From the NCBI GenBank assembly GCA_965205215.1, contig OZ242041.1, positions 1,760,001 through 1,824,000 on the forward strand: DNA of 64,000 bases. Reading direction: 5' to 3'. How positions within the stretch are numbered: position 1 is the first letter of the stretch; each line of letters starts with the position of its first letter. This DNA is from Nitrosopumilus sp. GTDB taxonomy: Archaea; Thermoproteota; Nitrososphaeria; Nitrososphaerales; Nitrosopumilaceae. Made by a program: the position numbers and the translations under genes. Positions 58,236 through 64,000 of this stretch are shown one piece after another. The notes below the pieces were generated by a model. That model ran no database searches. It saw nothing but the letters and a program-made list of their open reading frames with translations, and was not told the DNA's origin.

Positions 58236-58964
58236 ATGGGCGATCCAAAATATCCGCGTCGGGCATGGAGAAAGCCAAAGAGGCCGCTCAACTACGATCT
58301 AAAGATGGACGAGCTCAAGACGCTCGGTACGTTTGGGCTGCGCACAAAGCGCGAGTTGTGGAAGGCGCACACAGAACTGTCGCGCGTAAGACATCAGGCG
58401 AGATCACTCTTGGCCCTGAGGGCGGAAGACAGATCTAAAAGGGAGCCCATACTGATGAGGTCACTTGCCAGAATAGGGCTTGTGAGTCCGGACGCGACGC
58501 TCGATGACGTGCTGAACCTCAAGGTAAGCGACCTGCTTGCAAGGAGGTTCCAGACCATCGTCACCAAAAAGTTCGAGTTCAAGACCCCGTACCAGGCAAG
58601 GCAGGCGGTGGTGCACGGGCACATGATGATAGGGGAGAGAAGGATAAACATTCCGTCGTATGTCGTAACAGTGGAGGAAGAGGACAGCATCAGGTTTGCA
58701 GCAGAGTCAAAGATTCCAGAGAGGCTCAAGAAAAAGCAGCAGGACGGCGAGGGCGGCGACAACGAGGAGGCGGATCATGAGATGGCCGGCAGCGATGCGA
58801 CAGAGGCAGAAGGGAAGCAGCAGGATGCCCAAGAGGAGCAGCAGGCTCAAAATGATGACAACGATGCGGGCAAGGAACAGGATGCCACGGACGATGGGGG
58901 GCAGAATGTAAAGACCGTACCGGCATCAGAGAATGCGTCCGCAGAATCATCATCACCGCCATAA
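58236..58964 (+). CDS. rps4: 30S ribosomal protein S4 with acidic/Gln tail
   Basis: MGDPK, FGLRTKRELW, S4 motif YQARQAVVHGH..IG....IPSY.V. Confidence 0.96.
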   Translation: MGDPKYPRRAWRKPKRPLNYDLKMDELKTLGTFGLRTKRELWKAHTELSRVRHQARSLLALRAEDRSKREPILMRSLARIGLVSPDATLDDVLNLKVSDLLARRFQTIVTKKFEFKTPYQARQAVVHGHMMIGERRINIPSYVVTVEEEDSIRFAAESKIPERLKKKQQDGEGGDNEEADHEMAGSDATEAEGKQQDAQEEQQAQNDDNDAGKEQDATDDGGQNVKTVPASENASAESSSPP

Positions 58965-59110
58965 CCGCCACCAACCCATGTTACAGAAGAATTCATCAAG
59001 AATCCATCTTGAAGGGTCGCGACCGGATCCTTGAAACGACATATGCACGCAGGGCATGTCTACCTGCATCGGAAATGTTATAAATTGACAATCAACTGAT
59101 CTCATTACGA

Positions 59111-60655
59111 ATGGTACTAACGCTACTTGGTACAACCCGCGTCGCGGCGGCGGTGCTGGTACTGGCTGCAGTCGCAGCGACGGTGGCGGCGGCGGGCGCA
59201 CCGCACCACCAAGAGGCCCACGCCTCGTCCGCGCCGTTCCAGTACGCCCAGAGCACCGTCAAGATCCACAACGGCAGCATACCCGCACTGGCGCTCAATG
59301 ACCACGACGCGTTCGGCGGCAGTGTGGACTTTGTGGGCGACTTGGACGACGACGGGGTGCCTGACCTCATAGTTGGAGCCAGTGGCGACGACTCGCACGC
59401 CGAGAACTCCGGGGCCGCGTACCTGCTGTTCATGAATGCCGACGGCACCGCAAAAAGCGCCGTCAAGATCACCGGCGCCGACGTGCCGTCCCTGAGGGCC
59501 GGAGACTACTTTGGAGCCGGAGTGGCCGGCATAGGCGATGTGAACGGCGACGGAGTGCCAGACGTGGCCGTCGGCGCAGACGGGGATGATGCGGGCGGAA
59601 CCGACGCCGGTGCCGTGCACGTACTCTTCCTTGACCGCAGTGGCACGGTGCTCTCGTCGGCGGAGCTCAACCCGGACACCATGCCCGGGCTGTCGGCCAG
59701 ACAGTACGAGTACTTTGGGTTCAGAGTGGCCGGCATAGGCGACTTGGATGACGACGGGGTGCCAGATCTGGCCGTCGGCAGATACTCGGCGCACGGCTCC
59801 CTGCTGTTTCTGAACCTGCCGTTTAACTATACAGAGACCGTCGGCGAGCGACTGGAGGCCTACCCCGATGAGGAGTTCTACGGATTGGTGGACATCATAT
59901 TCATGAACGCCGACGGCACGGCCAAAGGGTCCGCAAGCATAGGGCACGGTACGGCCAACGCGCCCGGCCTCGAACCGGGACACTTCTTTGGAACCGCCGT
60001 GGCCGGAATTGGTGATTTTGACGGCGACGGGGTGCCCGACCTGGCCGTCGGCTCGGACTCCACGGACCTGACATACGCCAATATGTGCCGCGACTCCGGC
60101 TCGTCCAGCCTTACCGTACTGAATACGGGATCCATGCACGTACTGATGATGAACAGGGACGGGTCGGTAAAGGGCAGCTTTACCATAGACGGCGCGACTG
60201 AGAACGGGCCCGTCCTGAACGAGTTCGAGTTCTTCGGGATAGGAGTGTCGGCTATCGGCGATCTGGACGGGGACGGAGTGACCGAGCTGGCCGGCGGCGC
60301 CAACCGCGGCGACGGCGGCGGACTCGACAGGGGCGAGGTACACGTCATGTACATGAACGGAGACGGCTCCATAAAGGCGACGCAGACGCTCGACGACCTG
60401 GCCCCCAACGGACCCTCCCTTGATGACTATAACTTCTTCGGTTTCTCGATATCCTCCAGCGCCGACGTGAACGGGGACGGCAGGCCCGACATTGTGGTAG
60501 GCGCGTACCTAGACAACATAAGTGGGCTGCACGACCAGACCGTTGAGGAGGCCGACACGCTGACCCCCGAGGAGCGCGAGGCCGTCTCAGGCGAGGTATC
60601 CGAGAGGTCGGCAGAACCTGCCTTCGGCGCCGTACACGTCATACTGACAAGGTGA
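59111..60655 (+). CDS. Secreted FG-GAP / integrin-alpha beta-propeller repeat protein
   Basis: Signal peptide; six FG...GD.D.DG..D..VG repeats (DLDDDGVPDL, DVNGDGVPDV, DLDDDGVPDL, DFDGDGVPDL, DLDGDGVTEL, DVNGDGRPDI). Confidence 0.9.
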   Translation: MVLTLLGTTRVAAAVLVLAAVAATVAAAGAPHHQEAHASSAPFQYAQSTVKIHNGSIPALALNDHDAFGGSVDFVGDLDDDGVPDLIVGASGDDSHAENSGAAYLLFMNADGTAKSAVKITGADVPSLRAGDYFGAGVAGIGDVNGDGVPDVAVGADGDDAGGTDAGAVHVLFLDRSGTVLSSAELNPDTMPGLSARQYEYFGFRVAGIGDLDDDGVPDLAVGRYSAHGSLLFLNLPFNYTETVGERLEAYPDEEFYGLVDIIFMNADGTAKGSASIGHGTANAPGLEPGHFFGTAVAGIGDFDGDGVPDLAVGSDSTDLTYANMCRDSGSSSLTVLNTGSMHVLMMNRDGSVKGSFTIDGATENGPVLNEFEFFGIGVSAIGDLDGDGVTELAGGANRGDGGGLDRGEVHVMYMNGDGSIKATQTLDDLAPNGPSLDDYNFFGFSISSSADVNGDGRPDIVVGAYLDNISGLHDQTVEEADTLTPEEREAVSGEVSERSAEPAFGAVHVILTR

Positions 60656-61018
60656 CCGCCAAGGCCGGATGCCGCCTGACGGACGCGGCCCAAGGGAGAA
60701 AATACCTGCGCTTATGGCCAGCCACATCGCAAAGCGGTTCAAGGGCCTGTCGCGGCGCAGGAAAAGTCCGACACGTCCATCGCGGCCAAGGTACGGGGCA
60801 GCGGCGGCGGCACAAAACCCGAGGCGCGCATGCCTTGCCAGTTGCATCAATCCCTCTACTCCCTTTTCTCATCTCCCCTCCCCTGCACCTCTTGGCAAAC
60901 AAAGCAAGGATAGGCACCGTTTTTTTAGCACAGTCATTCCTGCCGACTGGACTAATGCCGAAGGGCTGGAAAAGAGTAAGCTTTTATCGCAAACCCGGCC
61001 CCCGCGGATCTGTTTGAG

Positions 61019-62914
61019 ATGTGTTGTTCTATAATTGGGTACAGCGGCAGGGGCAACGGTGACAGCGGCGGCGCGGCGCCCATACTGGTACGCGGACTCA
61101 GGCGCATGGAGTATCGCGGATACGACAGCGTGGGAGTCGCAACCGCATCAGGCGAGCGCGCACGCGGTGGGCGCGGCTCGGGGCAGCAGACGGACGGAGG
61201 CATAATGGTACGCAAGGGCACCGGCAGGGTGGATGACGTGAACAGGTCGGCGCGCCTTGACGCGATGCCCGGAAGCGTAGGAATAGGCCATACAAGGTGG
61301 GCCACCCATGGAAACGTGACGGATGCAAACGCGCACCCCCATCCAAGCAGTTCAGGCGAGATCGCCGTAGTGCACAACGGCATCATAACAAACTTCGAGG
61401 AGATAAAGTCCGAGCTTGTAAAGGACGGATACGCGTTCAGGAGCGAAACGGACAGCGAGGTGATCTCAAACCTGCTGCAGAAAAACTACGAGCGAACCAA
61501 GAGCGTCAAGGAAGCCATGACGGGCACGGTTTCAAGGCTGCAGGGCGAATATGCGTTCGTGGCAATGTTCAGCGGAGGCAGGCTGGCCGCGGCCAGGCTC
61601 CACAAGCCGCTCATAATTGGGGTCGGAAAGAACGACATGTTCCTCTCAAGCGACGTGCTCGGGTTCATCGAGTATACAGACGAGGCCGTATACGTGGAGA
61701 ACGGCAACATGGTGATTACAAACGGCGACATGCCCACGTTTGAGATAACGGACTTTGAGGGAAGTCCCGTCAAGTACAGCATAACAAAGGTCTCAAAGGA
61801 GTTCGGGGACGCGTACAAGGGCGACTATGCGCACTTTACCCTAAAGGAGATCTTCGAGCAGCACGAGACCGCGTCCAGGGCAGGCGGGACGGCCGTGCGG
61901 GAGATAGCAGAGGCCGCCAAGATCATACGCGACGCGGACAACGTATGCATGACGGGCAGTGGGAGCAGCTACAACGCGGCGCTGGTCGCAAAGCACTTCT
62001 TTGCAAGCCATGCCAAAAAGAGCACAGAGGCCGTCATGTCAAGCGAGATGCAGTTCTCATCGGAAGGAATGGGCCCCGGCTCGGTACTCGTGGCCATATC
62101 ACAGAGCGGGGAGAGCGCCGACGTGCTGAGCGCAGTCAGGACGGCGAGAAAGGCAGGGTGCAGAATAATATCGGTGGTCAACATGATGACCTCCTCGCTT
62201 GCGCGCCAGTCGGACGTGACAATCGGGATGAACTGCGGCCCCGAGATAGGAGTGGCCGCCACCAAGAGCTTTACGTCCCAGCTGGTGGTGCTGTACAGGA
62301 TAATATCGCAAGTGGCAGAAGGCAGGCGGCTTGATGGCGATGGCGAAGGCGGTGGCATCAGCAGCAGCAGCAGCAGCAGCGACATCACAGACGCGGTCCC
62401 GGGCCTCATACTTCGGACGCTGGAGGATCCCACCGGCATGCAGAAGGTGGCAAAGGAGCTAAAGGACATCTCGGACATATACGTGCTAGGCAGGGGCGTG
62501 CACTATCCCATTGCAACAGAGGCGGCCCTGAAGATAAAGGAGCTGACGTACATACACGCAGAGGGGATTGCAGGGGGCGAGCTAAAGCACGGGCCGCTTG
62601 CGCTGATGGACGACTCGACATATGTCATTGTGATAAACCCGGCCGACTCCACGCACGAAGATATGCTGACCAGTGCAAGGGAGATAAAAGCCAGGGGCGC
62701 GAGAATAATAGGGATATCCGACGCGCACTCCGACGTGTACGACCACTGGATAAGGATTCCAGAGATCAGTGACAGGGAGGAGAATCCAAAGAGCCCGCTT
62801 TATGCCATATCGGAGATCATACCCATACAGCTGCTCGCGTATTATACGGCGCTGGAGAGAAATGAGGACCCGGACTATCCGAGGAACCTGGCAAAGTCTG
62901 TAACTGTCAAATGA
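61019..62914 (+). CDS. glmS: Glutamine--fructose-6-phosphate transaminase
   Basis: EYRGYDS.G, GHTRWATHG, NAHPH, HNGII.N, SQSGE, ELKHGP, PRNLAKSVTV. Confidence 0.96.
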   Translation: MCCSIIGYSGRGNGDSGGAAPILVRGLRRMEYRGYDSVGVATASGERARGGRGSGQQTDGGIMVRKGTGRVDDVNRSARLDAMPGSVGIGHTRWATHGNVTDANAHPHPSSSGEIAVVHNGIITNFEEIKSELVKDGYAFRSETDSEVISNLLQKNYERTKSVKEAMTGTVSRLQGEYAFVAMFSGGRLAAARLHKPLIIGVGKNDMFLSSDVLGFIEYTDEAVYVENGNMVITNGDMPTFEITDFEGSPVKYSITKVSKEFGDAYKGDYAHFTLKEIFEQHETASRAGGTAVREIAEAAKIIRDADNVCMTGSGSSYNAALVAKHFFASHAKKSTEAVMSSEMQFSSEGMGPGSVLVAISQSGESADVLSAVRTARKAGCRIISVVNMMTSSLARQSDVTIGMNCGPEIGVAATKSFTSQLVVLYRIISQVAEGRRLDGDGEGGGISSSSSSSDITDAVPGLILRTLEDPTGMQKVAKELKDISDIYVLGRGVHYPIATEAALKIKELTYIHAEGIAGGELKHGPLALMDDSTYVIVINPADSTHEDMLTSAREIKARGARIIGISDAHSDVYDHWIRIPEISDREENPKSPLYAISEIIPIQLLAYYTALERNEDPDYPRNLAKSVTVK

Positions 62915-62980
62915 CAGCGGCGCCGATGCCAAAAGGGCCGCGGACGCGCCCCGTCCGGCACGCGGCCCGCAAGCCAGTCC

Positions 62981-64000
62981 CTATGCGGCCCGCGATCCGA
63001 ACATTTTGGAGTACTCGGCGTCTATTGCGCGCGCCATCTCTGCGCGCCCGGCATTCGTCTTTAGCATGGCAGATATGATGCAGCCGCCTGCGCCCACGCC
63101 CTCCTTGGCATACCCCTCCGCGAACGCCCTCAGTCCCGCATGCCTCGAGGCGTCAAGCCCCGGGTCTACCGCGATTGCAGGCACGTCGGACACGTCGGAC
63201 AACAGCCCTGCAAAGTCCGCGTTCTTGTCCTCTGCCACGTACGAGGTTGTTCCGACTGCCACGTTGCTGCCATCGTATCCTATTCCCGACGCAACGGCAA
63301 GGACGGCGGCCATCTGCGTCCCGCCTGCCAGCATCACCTTGGAAGATACGGACGCGGAGCTTAGCATGCCGGCCACGAACGGAATCATGGGATCCCCCAC
63401 GGCTGCCGTTATCCGGTACACGTAATGCTGCCTCTCTGCCTCGCTTGAACCCGGTCCGGGCGGCTTTGGCGCGACGTCATCAAGGGTGGCCTGCGCGTCG
63501 GAGGCACTGCCGCCGCGTTCCGGGTGCGCGGCCGCGTTCGGGCGGTCCCGGCTTGGCAGACGCCGCCCGTCACCGGATGCAGTGCCAGCTGCATTGCCCG
63601 CGGCTCCATCAGGGACGCCTTCGGCACGGCCGTCCTTCCCCCCGGGCACATGCTGCCGTGCACGCCCCGCGCCCTCCCTGCCGAGCCGCAAAAACGCGTC
63701 GCGTACGACCCTTCTCTTGAGCGATATCGGGTTTGAGGGCATGCTGGAGCTGACCCTCGCGCGATACCCCAGCCCGTACAAGACCGCCATTGCCGTGGTG
63801 GTTCCGGCCGGAATGCTCTCGCCTATCACCAGGCAGTCGGCAAGCGGCGCCAGGCTCCTCCCCACTATGCGCCCATAGTCCACCGCATGCAGCACGTCCT
63901 GCACCGACATCGCGTCACGCGTGCGGATGTTGCCGCCGTATCCAAGCCCCGTGGCCACGTACGGCAACCTCGGGGATACGCGGCTTCCGGCGTTTATCGC
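62981..64000 (-). CDS. cobT: Archaeal NaMN:base phosphoribosyltransferase CobT, 5' end outside the window
   Basis: GESIPAGTTTA, VSSSMP.NP, VGDPM, LAGGTQM, GYAKEGVGAGG; carries a long low-complexity insertion. Confidence 0.9.
   Translation of the reverse strand, partial: AINAGSRVSPRLPYVATGLGYGGNIRTRDAMSVQDVLHAVDYGRIVGRSLAPLADCLVIGESIPAGTTTAMAVLYGLGYRARVSSSMPSNPISLKRRVVRDAFLRLGREGAGRARQHVPGGKDGRAEGVPDGAAGNAAGTASGDGRRLPSRDRPNAAAHPERGGSASDAQATLDDVAPKPPGPGSSEAERQHYVYRITAAVGDPMIPFVAGMLSSASVSSKVMLAGGTQMAAVLAVASGIGYDGSNVAVGTTSYVAEDKNADFAGLLSDVSDVPAIAVDPGLDASRHAGLRAFAEGYAKEGVGAGGCIISAMLKTNAGRAEMARAIDAEYSKMFGSRAA

Noticed and set aside
60655-61018. glmS ribozyme or RNase P RNA in the spacer (AGGAAAAGTCC)
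   Set aside because: No glmS ribozyme core is visible, and the RNase P-like word lacks a matching 3' P4 strand.

Overview
This is a high-GC chromosomal window from an ammonia-oxidising archaeon (Nitrosopumilaceae-like Thaumarchaeota/Nitrososphaerota). The lineage call rests on the unsplit rpoA after rpoH-rpoB, PEFG-CTERM and CFI-box-CTERM surface proteins, and IPxW..N..WW C-terminal domains. High GC, long spacers, IS elements and an integrin-alpha-like protein suggest a host-associated (e.g. sponge) lineage, which is inference. From left to right the window holds: two IS transposases (ISH3-like partial, intact IS630 with 29-bp TIRs); rpoD; a blue-copper surface protein; the exosome superoperon (sdo1-rrp4-rrp41-rrp42-rpl37ae-pcc1-pfdB); XPF, nob1, NAD kinase; a rhodanese/ferredoxin group; a processive GT2; an orphan ParB-RHH gene beside tRNA-Gly(GCC); a CPA2 antiporter; an AglH/MraY-like transferase; a coiled-coil protein with a duplicated basic tail; Lsm; rpoHBA; four PEFG-CTERM genes; an iscS-larE-larC / mdh-larB-radical SAM cluster without larA; several secreted proteins (one frameshifted); a CDF/ZIP/two-domain MCO metal cluster; rps13-rps4; an FG-GAP protein; glmS; and a partial cobT. 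The best leads are the larA-less nickel-pincer cluster, pervasive disordered insertions in core proteins, a GATC-dense structured spacer between PEFG genes, the orphan ParB-RHH, a DtxR/MntR-like operator, and an unannotated Cys-rich microprotein. All family calls come from motif recognition and recalled homologues; no searches were run.
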